A model generated the notes under the pieces. That model saw nothing but the letters and a program-made list of their open reading frames with translations, was not told the DNA's origin and did no database searches. DNA of 35,189 nucleotides from Chiloscyllium plagiosum (lineage: Eukaryota). Location: positions 680,656-715,844 of the forward strand of contig NC_057720.1 in assembly GCF_004010195.1 (NCBI RefSeq), read 5' to 3'. Position 1 is the first letter of the stretch; every line of letters begins with the position of its first letter. The position numbers and the translations under genes were made by a program. Below, in pieces: positions 11,214 through 22,846 of the stretch.

Positions 11214-11624
11214 CTCCCCCTGTAGGGCCTGGCTCAGATTAGAAGGTCCTGCCCCTTGTCCTGGACTCTCCCCCTCCTCTCTCCATCAACCCAATCAACT
11301 CCTTTTATCATCTGAGAGACCTCCATGGGATCCCCCTTTAATCTTCGATACGCAGGGCAGTGTCAGCATTATGTCCATCAGACAAAGTGGGCCCTGGTGC
11401 TAGGTAAATGTCATTTGTCTGGTTGATGCGTTTGGAGACGGCAGAAGTGTCCAGGAATAGGCTGAGCCAGAGTTACCTCTAATTATGTCTGTAATTACAA
11501 AATAAACATTGTCATTTAAAACTCACCCACTTCATCAGGCTCCTATTTCTGGATGACCCTAATTCTACTTTTCTGCAATTGTAGAAACACCGTGGAGGGG
11601 CTCTGAAAGTGTCGAACTGGACTG

Positions 11625-11845
11625 GGTGTGTGTGCGCGTGTCCCTCCCGTGTAGGGTGTGGGGTGTGTGTGTAGGGTGTGGGGTGTGTGTGTAGGGTGTG
11701 GGGTGTGTGTGTAGGGTGTGGGGTGTGTGTGTAGGGTGTGGGGTGTGTGTGTAGGGTGTGGGGTGTGTGTGTAGGGTGTGGGGTGTGTGTGTAGGGTGTG
11801 GGGTGTGTGTATGTGGGGGTGTGTGTGTGTGTGTGTGCGTGTGTT
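11625..11845 (+). repeat. 20-bp minisatellite (GTAGGGTGTGGGGTGTGTGT) x ~8 in a GT-rich tract
   Basis: Perfect 20-bp periodicity over 11651-11810. Confidence 0.95.
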
Positions 11846-11961
11846 GCTCACCCCCCCACCTCCCCACACCCCCTTCTCCACCCCGTATCTTCCTCACCAC
11901 AGATGCTGCCAGACCTACTGAGTTCCTCCAGTAATTTGTTTTTATTTTAGATTTCCAGCAT

Positions 11962-12168
11962 CTGGAATGAGCTGCCAGTGGAAGTGGTTGAGGCGGGTAC
12001 ATTAACAACATTTAAAGGGCATTTGGACAAACACATGTACAGGAAGGATGCGGAAGGATATGGGCAAAGTGCAGGGAAATGGGGTTAGTGTGGATGGACA
12101 TTTGGGTCAGCATGGACCAGCGAGGGCCAAAGGGCCTGACTCCGAGCTGTAGAACTCTCTGACTCTAT
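11962..12168 (+). mobile_element. CR1 3' tail nested in a short Penelope-like tail repeat (about 11898-11964, resuming near 12168)
   Basis: ggaatgagctgcc...catttaaagggcatttggaca tail; the host motif ccagcatctg|cag is split, with ATCTG on both sides. Confidence 0.6.
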
Positions 12169-12762
12169 CTGCAGTTTTTTCCTTTTATTATCTGAGATTG
12201 GAATGTGAATGACCAGAAATATTTTTGTGAAATGTTTAATAGTGTTCTTTAACACACTTTCATTCTGTTCAGAGACAGGCTGACATTGATAGTTTTAGAG
12301 CGTTGCAAATCCAGTAATGTTCCCGGTTTTCCCTGATGCTGACTGGGCTGGGATTTATTGCCTGTGGCTCTTTGCCCTGGACAGTAACCCGCTTCCTGCC
12401 CGCCCCCCCCCCCCCCCACACACACACACACACCCAGCCAATGTCAATACTTCAATTTACTGACCTCTAGTATGTTACAACTAATAAAGAGAATGATACG
12501 CCTGCTCCCACTGCTGGTTAATACCTGATGTAAACTCTGTTGGCTCCACATTCCAATATCCCCCAGTGTCCTTCCAACCAATCTTCCACATTTCACTTAA
12601 TCTATACTTCAACCCAAACTCCCCCCCCCCCCCCCCAACCTATGATCTGACTCACCTCACAGTCCCTATGTTAAATGATTCACATCCCTCCCGTTCCATG
12701 TAAACCCTCCAGCCCCTACATCCCTCACTATCTCTGTCACCTCCTCCAGCCCCTGCACCCCT

Positions 12763-13040
12763 CGGGTGACTGTCTGTGGGGAGTTTGCACATTCTCTCTG
12801 TGTTTGCGTGGGTTTCTTCTGGGTGCTCCGGTTTCCTCCCACATTCCAAAGATGTTAAGGTGGATTGGCCATGATAAATTACCCGTAGTGTGCAGGAATG
12901 TGTAGGTTAGGTGCATTGGCCATAGGACATGCAATGCTTTAAGGATAGGGTCAGAGAAAGGGTCTGGGTGGAACACACCTCAGGTCAGTGTGAACTTGTT
13001 GGGCCAAATGGCCTGTTCCCACACTGTGGGGATTCTATGG
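12763..13040 (+). mobile_element. HE1-type V-SINE, 5' truncated
   Basis: V-domain gagtttgcacattctc...gcgtgggttt...gggtgctccggtttcctcccaca and a CR1-derived tail gggccaaatggcctgt. Confidence 0.8.
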
Positions 13041-14134
13041 TCAAAGGTGTAGATTTTGAGGAACATTTGAAAGGAGGAGAGAGCATGACATGGAGAGGGT
13101 TAAGGAGGGAATTCCAGAGCTCTGGGCCTGGGAGCTGAGGACTGTGCTGCCAGTGGTGGAGGAAAGGGTGCTGAGAAACACGGGAGAAAATCAGAGAGAT
13201 GCAGAGATCTCCGAGGGCTCTGGAGCTGAACGCAGTTACTGAGGGAAAGGGAGGTGTGACCATGGAAGAATTAGTAAAGACGGTGAAGAATTTTGATCTC
13301 ATGGAACATCTTTCCTGGGTATCAGAGTAGGTCAGTGAGCTGAGGAGTGACAGATGAATAGGACATGGCATGAGTTAGAACACTGTCAGCCAGTGAGACA
13401 GTGAGTGTAGATTGTGCACGTTGGCCATGAGACAAGTGGAGCAGTTGAGGGAAGAGAGGTGTGTGTAGCGGTAAGTGCCAGCAGCTCCTGGTGCAATCTG
13501 CAGTGTTACCGTGAGACAGTTTGTCTCAGGAATTGCACAGATAGTTCACTTTGTTCTTACCTGCGAGGTGGGTGTCAGTGGCTGGAGCAGTGTAAATTGC
13601 CCATCCCTAATTGCCCTTTCATGGAACGGTTTGCTCGGCCACTCAGACTGCATTTGAAAGTCAACTCCATCGCTGTGAGTCTGGTGTCAAATGGAAGATT
13701 TCCTTCCCTGAAGGGCTTTCGTGAATCAATGGTCACCTGGACTGAGAGTAGACCTACATTGCAGAATTATTAATTGTTAATTATTTATTTGTGAACGGTG
13801 CATTTGAGTCTTTGTCGCCAGAGCACAGCCGAGGCCTACAGAATGTTAATATGGTAACATTGACCACAATGCACCACTTCTATCCCATTGGCTGGAACTG
13901 ATCTTGTCCCAGAATCTTCAATGGTTTGGTCCAGGGTACCCACGGCATTTTGGACTTGCTTCTTATTTAAAATCCTCCTATTGTATACCAATCATCCTCC
14001 AAAAAAGTGTCACGTCACACACATCTCTGTAAAATCTAGCATGGATCTGTCATTTTCCATGTCTGTGTCCTCCTGAAATCTGAAAATGTGTTGCTGGAAA
14101 AGCGCAGCAGGTCAGGCAGCATCCAGGGAACAGG

Positions 14135-14174
14135 AGAATCGACGTTTCGGGCATAAGCCCTTCTTCAGGATTCC
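14135..14174 (-). ncRNA. Hammerhead ribozyme motif, family A, well formed
   Basis: Minus strand reads GGAAUC-CUGAAGA-A-GGGC-UUAU-GCCC-GAAA-C-GUC-GAUUCU, giving a 6-bp stem I and 4-bp stem II. Confidence 0.7.
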
Positions 14175-14205
14175 TGAAGAAGGGGTTATGCCCGAAACGT
14201 CGATT
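14170..14205 (+). ncRNA. Hammerhead motif, family A, on the mirror arm of the palindrome
   Basis: CUGAAGA (14174-14180), stem II GGG/CCC, GAAA (14194-14197), GUC. Confidence 0.6.
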
Positions 14206-14329
14206 CTCCTGTTCCCTGGATGCTGCCTGACCTGCTGCGCTTTTCCAGCAACACATTTTCAGTTCTGATCTCCAGCATCTGCAGACCTCACTTTCTCCTC
14301 CTGAAATCTGTAATTATCCCTCTTATTTG

Positions 14330-14800
14330 TGGAAGCTTTGGAAAGGGTGCAGAGGAGATTTACTAGGATGTTGCCTGGTATGGAGGGAAGGTCTTGAGGA
14401 AAGGCTGAGGGCCTTCAGGCTATTTTTGTTAGAGAGAAGAAGGTTGAGAGGTGACTTAATAGAAACATACAAGATAATCAGAGGGTTAGATAGGGTGGAC
14501 AGGGAGAGCCTTTTTCCAAGTATGGGGACGGCAATCACGAGGGGACACAACTTTAAAGTGAGGGGAGACAGGTATAAGACAGGTGTCAGAGGTAGTTGCT
14601 TTACTCAGAGAGTAGTAAGGGTATGGAATGCTTTGTCTGCAACGGTAGTAGATTCGCCAAGTTTAAGTACATTTAAGTCGCATTGGACAGGCATATGGAC
14701 GTACATGGAATAGTGTAGGTGGGATGGGCTTCAGATTGGTATGACAGGGTGGTATAACATTGAGGGCCGAAGGGCCTATACTGCGCTGTAATGTTCTATG
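14330..14800 (+). mobile_element. CR1 LINE 3' fragment
   Basis: LERRRLRGDLIETYKIIRGLDRVDRESLFP...FTQRVVRVWNAL and tail gggccgaagggcct...tgttctatg. Confidence 0.88.
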
Positions 14801-15208
14801 TTATTTCCAGTGTATCAATAAATGAGGAATTTATATTCTGTATTTGCAAGGCTGGATCTTTGAGGTGTACTAAGAGTGTGGTGTTCCACATCCTGACCAT
14901 AGTACCTTTCCTACAATCTGAAAAAAAAATTACTGTCCACTTGTTATGGACAAAATCAAACCCTGTCAATATTTTAAGACCCTAATGTTTTCTTAAAGGC
15001 AAATGTAAGGTTTCTGAGTTCCAGATGCAATTCAATTGGTCAAACTACTTGACATTAAGTAAAACACAATTTATTACCTGTATTTAAACCCTGTAGTTAA
15101 TACAACAAAAGAAAGAAGATGTTAGAATAACAACTCTATTGGAAAACTTAACAGAATAATTGATACAGTAGCTATTGCTAATTAACTGTTCCAACTATCA
15201 CTGTATTC

Positions 15209-15409
15209 TAACAGATGAAAGGCTTAACAGACAATCAATTCTTCAATGTATAATTTCAGTTACATCACACTGCAAATATTTGCTATAAATTCTGTGTTAG
15301 GATCGAGCCCTCCACAATCACCTGATGAAGGAGCGTCGCTCCGAAAGCTAGTGTGCTTCCAATTAAACCTGTTGGACTATAACCTGGGGTTGTATGATTT
15401 TTAACTTTG
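15209..15409 (+). mobile_element. Penelope-like terminal fragment (family B)
   Basis: Paralog of 6652-6832 that carries the intact hammerhead core. Confidence 0.6.
15319..15353 (+). ncRNA. Minimal type I hammerhead ribozyme motif, family B, intact core
   Basis: CAC-CUGAUGA-A-GGAGC-GUC-GCUCC-GAAA-GC-UA-GUG: stem I CAC/GUG, 5-bp stem II, palindromic AGCU stem III, CUA triplet. Confidence 0.72.
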
Positions 15410-15829
15410 ATAAAAAGGCAAATTCAGAAAATCAGATTTTATCTTACATGCAATCTAGCAGCTTAGGGACAGAACCAGCAGCTTTTGATTAGAATTGAGA
15501 AAGGGAAGAATCGCATGCTCTTCTTCAAGCCTACAACAGCAACTGCTTAAAGTTAAACCGAGAAAGTAAAAATAACTAGAAATCCTAGACTGTGAGAGCT
15601 GGCCACACTCATCCAGGCTGCTTCTATTGTTCTAACTTTAGGTAAAAACCCCAAGGCTTCAGAACTTGTTTACCCTAGTGGCTCTGGTACCTCTGCCTGA
15701 AAACAATTTTAAAAAACCAGGACAAAATACACCTCTTAGAGCCACAGATTTATCAACACTGCTCCCTGCTTTCTCACTGCTATAGCACTGTGCTCTTGGG
15801 ATGTGTAAATGCCATAATACAATCCCAAA

Positions 15830-16060
15830 GTCGAGGAGGTGAGTTGTCCTTGATGTCCTTGGCTAAACTTTTTCCCTCAAATTGACATCACAGAAACAGA
15901 CTGGCCATGACCACCTGCTGTTAATGGGATCTTGCTGTGCACAAATTGGCTGCTGTGTTTCCTATTTTACAGCAGTGACTATGAAACACATTTCATTGTC
16001 TGTAAGGTATTTGTCACGTCCTCAGGTTGTTTTTTGGAAAATGAATCTTACCAGTTGTTT
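15830..16060 (+). mobile_element. Deu-domain SINE remnant (SacSINE1/AmnSINE1-like)
   Basis: gggatcttgctgtgcacaaattggctgctgtgtttccta...acagcagtgact matches the Deu domain as recalled; related copies near 25600 (+) and 33700 (-). Confidence 0.6.
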
Positions 16061-16111
16061 TATGATTGCCGTAGTGTTTGATAAACCCCTGTGTTTTCTC
16101 TCTCTCCACAG

Positions 16112-16279
16112 CTGGTCCTGTTGATGTCCTCCAAACTTTAGACTTTCACAATTTGCCAAACGGAATTCGTAAAACCCCTGGATTCTGCAAGAACAGAAGG
16201 AATGCGCAGGGAGCAGACGTGGCATTCAAAGTGACGAAACAAGCTCAGCTCAGTGCTCCAACCAGGCAGTTATTTCCAG
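16112..16279 (+). CDS. COL11A2: Type XI collagen alpha chain (probably alpha-2(XI)), exon 2, start of the TSPN/LamG-like N-propeptide
   Basis: Pyrimidine tract plus cag acceptor, gtaggt donor; 168 bp, phase 1-1. Translation [55 protein letters not shown] matches COL11/COL5 exon 2. COL11A2 versus COL11A1 is inference. Confidence 0.9.
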
Positions 16280-17110
16280 GTAGGTCCCCTAGCGGCTCAC
16301 TGGCCGTCTGACTGTGGATTGAAGGGACTCTGTCTCCTGCATGTGTGGAGGTATTTCAAAGTGGAGAGCTTGATGTTGTAGGGACGTAGAGACACAAGAT
16401 ATTATGGGATGTCAAAGGCAATGCTTTTGGAACATGTGAGGAAGTGCTAGGGAGTGATGATGGGGAATTTCATCTCTTGACCAGGGTTAGGAAAAGCATT
16501 GACCGTGGAGCAGCCTGCCCTTTGTGTGTCCTATCTACTGTTGGGAAACATTGCCACAGACAGTGCATTCACATGACTGGCAGATTCCCATGGCTGACCC
16601 TTCTCTGGAGAGGAGACCAGTCTCCTCTAAACCCTGACAACCCGTGCTCACATTCTTAAAATTTGAATTCCTTCGATTCATTCTCAGCTATTTCACCCCC
16701 AGGTGATTAAAGCTCCCTAACAGATAGAGCATGAGGCTGTTTGATCTTTGAGGTAATGCTTCTGAAGCAGTTAATGTCGAAGGAACAGAGTGAAAACAGC
16801 ACTCCTGAGAAAACTTTCACATCAGAGTTGGTAAGAGACACAAGAAAAACACAATGGGCTCTCCACAATGGGCACAGGCAGTGACCTTCAAGAAGATTAC
16901 TCTAGGAGTCATTGAGAGCAAAACAAATGATGAGGCTTGGGGCAAGGGGGAGGATGTGGTAAAAGTAGAAAGGAGCACTGATGAACTGTTTTGAAGTTAA
17001 ATGCTAAATTTGAAACTCAACAAATGAATACACCATTGTATTCTGATCAAACAGCAGATACTAACAGTCAGTAACAATGCTGTAGAACAATAAAAGGTTT
17101 CCAACCTGAA

Positions 17111-18145
17111 ATAGACAATAGGTGCAGGAGTAGGCCATTCTGCCCTTCAAGCCTGCACCACCATTCAATATGATCATGGCTGATCATCCTTAATCAGTAT
17201 CCTCTTCCTGCCTTATCTCCATAACCCTTGATTCCACTATCTTTGAGAGCTCTATCCAACTCTTTCTTAAATGAATCCAGAGACTGGGCCTCCACTGCCC
17301 TCTGGGGCAGAGCATTCCACACAGCCACCACTCTCTGGGTGAAGAAGTTTCTCCCCATCTCTGTCCTAAATGGTCTACCCCATATTTTTAAGCTGTGTCC
17401 TCTGGTTCAGCACTCGCCCATCAGCGGAAACATGTTTCCTGCCTCCAGAATGTCCAATCCNNNNNNNNNNNNNNNNNNNNNNNNNNNNNNNNNNNNNNNN
17501 NNNNNNNNNNNNNNNNNNNNNNNNNNNNNNNNNNNNNNNNNNNNNNNNNNNNNNNNNNNNNNNNNNNNNNNNNNNNNNNNNNNNNNNNNNNNNNNNNNNN
17601 NNNNNNTATTAGCCTTCTTCTCTACCTGCTGTACCTGCATGCTTGCCTTCATTGACTGGTGTACAAGAACACTCAGATCTCTCTGTACTGCCCCTTTACA
17701 TAACTTGATTCCATTGAGGTAGTAGTCTGCCTTTCTGTTCTTGCTACCAAAGTGGATAACTATACATTTATCCACATTAAACTGCATCTGCCATGCATCT
17801 GCCCACTCACCTGACTTGTCCAGGTCACCCTGTAATCTCCTAACATCCTCCTCACATTTCACCCTGCCACCCAGCTTTGTATCATCAGCAAATTTGCTAA
17901 TGTTATTGCTGATACCTTCTTCTATATCATTAACATATATTGTAAAATGCTGTGGTCCCAGCACGGATCCCTGCGGTACCCCACTGGTCACTGCCTGCCA
18001 TTCCGAAATGGAGCCGTTTATCACTACCCTTTGTTTCCTATTAGCCAACCAATTTTCAATCCAATCTAGTACTTTGCCCCCAATACCATGTGCCCTAATT
18101 TTACTCACTAACCTCCTGTGTGGGACTTTACCAAAAGCTTTCTGA
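17111..18145 (-). mobile_element. CR1 LINE 3' part (RT), with an assembly gap at 17461-17606
   Basis: DFQKAFGKVPHRRL...SGVPQGSVLGP...KFADDTKLGG; close paralog of 2883-3923. Confidence 0.93.
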
Positions 18146-18859
18146 AAGTCGATTCCCCTCTCCTCTGATGCCGCCTGATTTGCTGTGCTTTTCCCAGCTC
18201 CACTCCTTATCTGCTGTAGAACAACAGGCAATAGCCAGCCATGGCAAAAGAATACGCCAGTAGGAAGACAGCAGCTCACCTCCAAATAATATACTGAAGC
18301 ATGACATGTCTCCAGAGCAGCAAAAAGCCAAATTCTTACTCGCATGAAATGATTGGACCTCTTTCCTTTAGAAAAGTTCCTCGAGGCATTCTGAAGAGAA
18401 AATGGAAATACAACCAACTCAAGTTTCATAGAGTTTGTTGATTTCAATGGACATCTTATTTATTTTAAATTTGAGCAGGGGTGAATGTCACTATCCTATC
18501 AGATTAAATCTAATGGATGAGGGAAGTTATCCATTATAACTTATAACTTATCAAAGTAGGAAGAACCACTCTCACCATGACAGGTATGAAACTTGAGTAA
18601 TTCCCTATCTCTGGGGAGACAGTGACTGCTCCCATTACTTTGCCAACCAGTCTTTTGACTGCAATCATTTGTCTCGAAGCTGATAATTTGGGTCACTGTT
18701 TCATACTGATGTTCTGACCTTTGGAATAACCTTTTCCAAACCCTAGTCCATATCCCATTGTCCCAATTTTAAAAAAAAAACTCCAAAAATGGTGACAATG
18801 TAATTCATGCACCTTTCATCAAAAAATGAATATATAAATATTGATGACATATGGTAAAC

Positions 18860-21800
18860 CATTGGACCATGAGATTCAGGAGTAAAATTAGACCAATCGG
18901 CCCATCAAGTCTGCTCTACCATTTAATCATTGCTAATGTGTTTCCCAACCCCATTCTCCTGTCCTAGTCCCATAACCCTTAACCACTTACTAATCACATA
19001 CTTATCCATCTCTGCCTTAAATATACTCAATGACTTGGCCTCTGTGCAACACTGAGTTCCACAGGTTCACCACCCTCTGGCTGAATAAATTCCTCCTCAT
19101 CTCCGTTCTAAAGGGTCTAATGTATAATGTGAATAGTTGTGGCCCCAACATTGACCCCTGCGGGACTTCTCTAGTCACCAGCTGCCATGCTGGAAAAGAC
19201 TCTGTTAGCCCTGTTCTCTGCGTTCTCTCAGTTAGCCAACCCTCTCTCCATGCCAGCACCTTGTCCCTAACACCATGGGATCTTATTCAGCTGCCTCCTG
19301 TGCAGCACCTTGTCAAAGGCCTTCTGGAAATCCAAATAGATCACGTCCACTGGCCCCCCCTTGTCTAACTTGCTCATTACCTCCTCAAAGAATTCTAACA
19401 GGTTTGTCAGGCATGACTACCCCTTGACAAAACTGTGCTGACTCAGCCCTATTTTACCATGCACTCCAAGTACACTGCAATCTCATCCTTAATATTGGAC
19501 TCGAAAAAATGACTGAGGTCAGGCTAACCGCCCTATAATTTCCCATCTCTTCCTTTCTCCCTTCTTAAACAGCTGTGTCACATTAGCCATTTTCCAGTTG
19601 TCTGGGACACTGCCTGACTCCAGTGAGTCCTAAAAGATCACCTCCAACGCCCACCCAATCTCTTCAGTTCTCTCTTTCAGAGCCCTGAGGTGTAATCCAT
19701 CTGGTCCGGGTGATTTATCCACCTTCAGACTTTTCAGCTTCCCCAGCACCTTCTCCTTGGTGATGGCCACTACTCTCACCCCTGCCCCCTGACTCTCTTG
19801 AGGTTTTAGTATGGTGCTGGTGTCTTCCTCTGAAAACTGATGCAAAGTACCTATTCAGTTCCTCCACTATTTTATTTTGTTCCCCATTACTACTTCACCA
19901 ACATCAGACCGTCAGTGATCCAATGTTCGCTCTCTGCCTCTCTCTTAACTTATAGATGTCTAAGAAAAACCTCTTGTAATCTTCTTTTATATTACTAGTT
20001 AGCTTATTCTCATATTTAATCTTCTCCCCCACCTATTGCTTTTTCAGTTACTGCCTCCTGGTTTTTAAAGGCTCCCCAATCCCCTGGCTTCCCACTGATC
20101 CTCGCTGTGGTGTAAACCTTTCCATTTGCTTTTATGCTCTCCCTGCCTTCCCTTATCAGCCACGGTCGCCTCATCCTCCCCTTGGTCTGTTACTTCTTCC
20201 TTGGGATGGGTTTCTGCTGTCTCTCCCGAACTGTCCCCAGAAACCCCTGCCATTGCTGTTCCCCCAGCGTCCCCGCTGGGCTCCCCTTCCAACCAGCTCT
20301 GGCCAGCCCCTCCCTCATGCCTTTGTAGTTATCTTTTCTTGACTGTAATACCATTCCATCTGGTTCCAGCTTGTCCCTCGGAAACTGCCGGCTGAATTCC
20401 TTCATACTATGGGCACTGCCCTTTCAGGGTTACTCCCCCTTCAACTCCTGAGTCAAGTCTGTCTCATTACACATCACCAAATCCAGAATTGCCTGTTCCC
20501 TTTTGGGCTCTACCACAGACTGCTCCAAAAAACTGACGCAAAGACATTCTGTAAATTCCTTTTCTTGATATTCACTGCAAACCTGACTTTCCCTGAATAT
20601 TGAAGTCCTCCATGATCACCTTTCTTAAATGCCTTTTCTATTTCCTGATTTATTTCCTGCCCCACACCCTGGCTGCTGCTCAGAGGCCTGTACACAGCTC
20701 CCATCAGGGTCTCTTTCCTTTGTAGTCCCACACACAGATTCTGTATTTTTTGACTCTGTATCATTTCTTGCTATTGATTTAATTTCATTTCTTATGAACA
20801 AAGGAACCCAGCCCCCTGTCCCTCTGCCCATCAGCCTGTCCTCCCGAGAGCACGTGTATCCCTTGGATATTTTGTTCCCATCCCTGATCCCCTGGAAGCC
20901 ATGTCTCTGAGATACCCACAGCGTCGTACCTGCTAATTTCAATCTATGCCACAAGCTCATTGACCTTGTTTTGTACACTGCGTATATTTAAGTACAACAC
21001 CCTCTGTCCTGTATTGACTGACCCCATTCTCATAGTTGTCCCTTTATCTGCTGTGTCTGAAGTTAAATTCCTGGCCCTCTCCATTCTCTCTGTCCAATTG
21101 CTTGTTCTGGAAACTTTAAAAATCTCTGCTGGACCCTCACCCCCTTTAACACTTTCCATAATTTTCCACATAACTGAACCCCACCTCCCCTATTTAATTT
21201 AAAGCCCTATCTATAGCCTGAGTTATATGATTCACCAGACACTAGTCCCAAGATGATTCAGGTGGAGCCCGTCCCATTGGAACAGGTCCCTCCTTCACTA
21301 TTACTGGTGCCAATGTCCCTTGAATTTAAACCCGTTTCTCCCTCCTCAATCTTCGAGCCACATGTTTACCTCTTTCATCTTGTTGATCCTGTGTCAATTA
21401 GTTCATGGCTCAGATAGTAATCCAGAGATTATCAGCGTTTTGGTTCTGTTTATTAATTTAGCCTCTCGCTGCTCATATTCCCTCAGCAGAACCTTTCCTT
21501 CTTCTACCTGTTCTGTTATCTACATTGACAACAACAACTCGATCTATCCCCTCCCTCTCCAGGTTTCTCTGCAGCCCTGATGAGATATCCTGAACCCGGG
21601 CACCAGGCAACGCAGCCTTCAGGACTCCTGGTGCTGGCCACAGAGAACTGTGTCTATTCCCCTGACTATACTCTCCCTCATTACTACTACATTTCACTTT
21701 TCTGCCTCCTCTTCAATGGCTCCCTGTCCCAAGTTAGAACATAGAACAATACAGCGCAGAACAGGCCCTTCGGCCCTCGACGTTGCACCGACCTGTGGAC

Positions 21801-22040
21801 TTTTCTCAGCTCGTCCCCCTACACTATCCCAAAACCATCCATGAGCTTATCTAAGGATTGTTTAAATCTCCCTATTGCTGTGATCAGTTTGCTGATCCTC
21901 CCTACAGACTGCACTAACATCCACACAGGGAGTAGGAATCTCAAACCTGTTAGATAACTTCAAGGTCTGAGTCTCCTTCAGCAATACCTCCTGGATCCCT
22001 CTAGCTACCTTGCCCATTGTCACAATCCAGTATGGTGGAT
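18860..22040 (-). mobile_element. Long degenerate CR1 LINE (ORF1 esterase-like, APE endonuclease and RT remnants), with a CR1 tail nested at about 21735-21875
   Basis: LPGARVQDIS...VVVVNV (ORF1 SGNH-like), VLYLNIRSVQNKVNEL and GAVYRP (endonuclease), KSPGPDGLH and VPQGSMLGP (RT); many frameshifts and deletions. Confidence 0.85.
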
Positions 22041-22846
22041 GGGAGCGGATTGTGGCTGTTACAGCTGCTCCTTTCTCTGAGTCTCCTCCTCAATGCCAGA
22101 GCGGATTGTTTTCTTGATGCAGTAATTAGTATTTTTATGTCTTACATTGTTTTGGGAACTTTTTAAAAAATAGATCAAAAACAATGATACTTTAGATGGG
22201 AGGGAAGCGACAGAGCAGGAGACGAAGTTAAAAGGGATCTGGATGAGTGCGTGAATATTGATTTGATTTGATTTATTATTGTCACATCTACCTAGGAGCA
22301 GTGCAGTACAGGCAGAGATCATCCGGTGGTTGAACAGGGTGAGGAACACAAAGTTACAGCTGCAAAGAAGGTGCACGGAAAGCAAGATTGATCGGGAGGG
22401 TTCAGGGGGATATGGGCCAAATGCTGACAAAGGGGATCAGATCACTTTAGGATATCTGGTCAGCATGGATGAGTTGGACCGAATGGTCTGCTTCTGTATA
22501 ACTCTGTGACTCGATGACTCTGTCCCTTACCACTGAATTTGAGGGCTGAAATCTAAGGGCTGTTGCTCCCTCCTGAAACACAGTATCCAGGTAAATCTCC
22601 CCCTCCCTGACTCCGGCTCATCAGCTCCGAGCTGGGTTCTTCAAGTAACCACAATGGGATCTAGCAGCTTCCACAACATGCAGGTACCACACATTGCCTG
22701 GCCTGGGATCTCGATTTTATATACTCAGTTCTTAATTTGATTTTTTAAATGATTTTGTTGGCCTTTTTGCTTGCAGCCTGTTAACATTTCTCCTATTTAC
22801 CTTCAATCTGGATGTAACTTATAACAGACAGTTACTAACTATCACT

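Larger units (their letters stand above)
14083..14295 (+). mobile_element. Short palindromic Penelope-like insertion with TSD
   Basis: 91-bp inverted arms (14080-14170 and 14172-14262, one mismatch) plus an unpaired tail on the right; flanked by TCCTCCTGAAATCTG at 14068-14082 and 14296-14310. Confidence 0.8.
14942..15758. mobile_element. Possible solo LTR containing the family B insert
   Basis: AT-rich segment bounded by TGTT...AACA with CACT near both ends; boundaries are ambiguous. Confidence 0.3.

Noticed and set aside
11543..12011. His/Thr/Pro-rich ORFs
   Set aside because: They are translations of the antisense GT-rich minisatellite.
14050..14268. Nearly identical ORFs on both strands (MCCWKSAAGQ...)
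   Set aside because: A by-product of the DNA palindrome; no evidence of coding.
1..16111. Collagen exon 1 (signal peptide) and promoter
   Set aside because: No convincing signal-peptide exon with a phase-1 donor and no CpG island was found; it probably lies upstream of the window.
17407..18447. 346-aa RT-like ORF as an active retroelement or domesticated gene
   Set aside because: It spans an N-gap, is 5'-truncated, and its N-terminus runs into unrelated flanking DNA.
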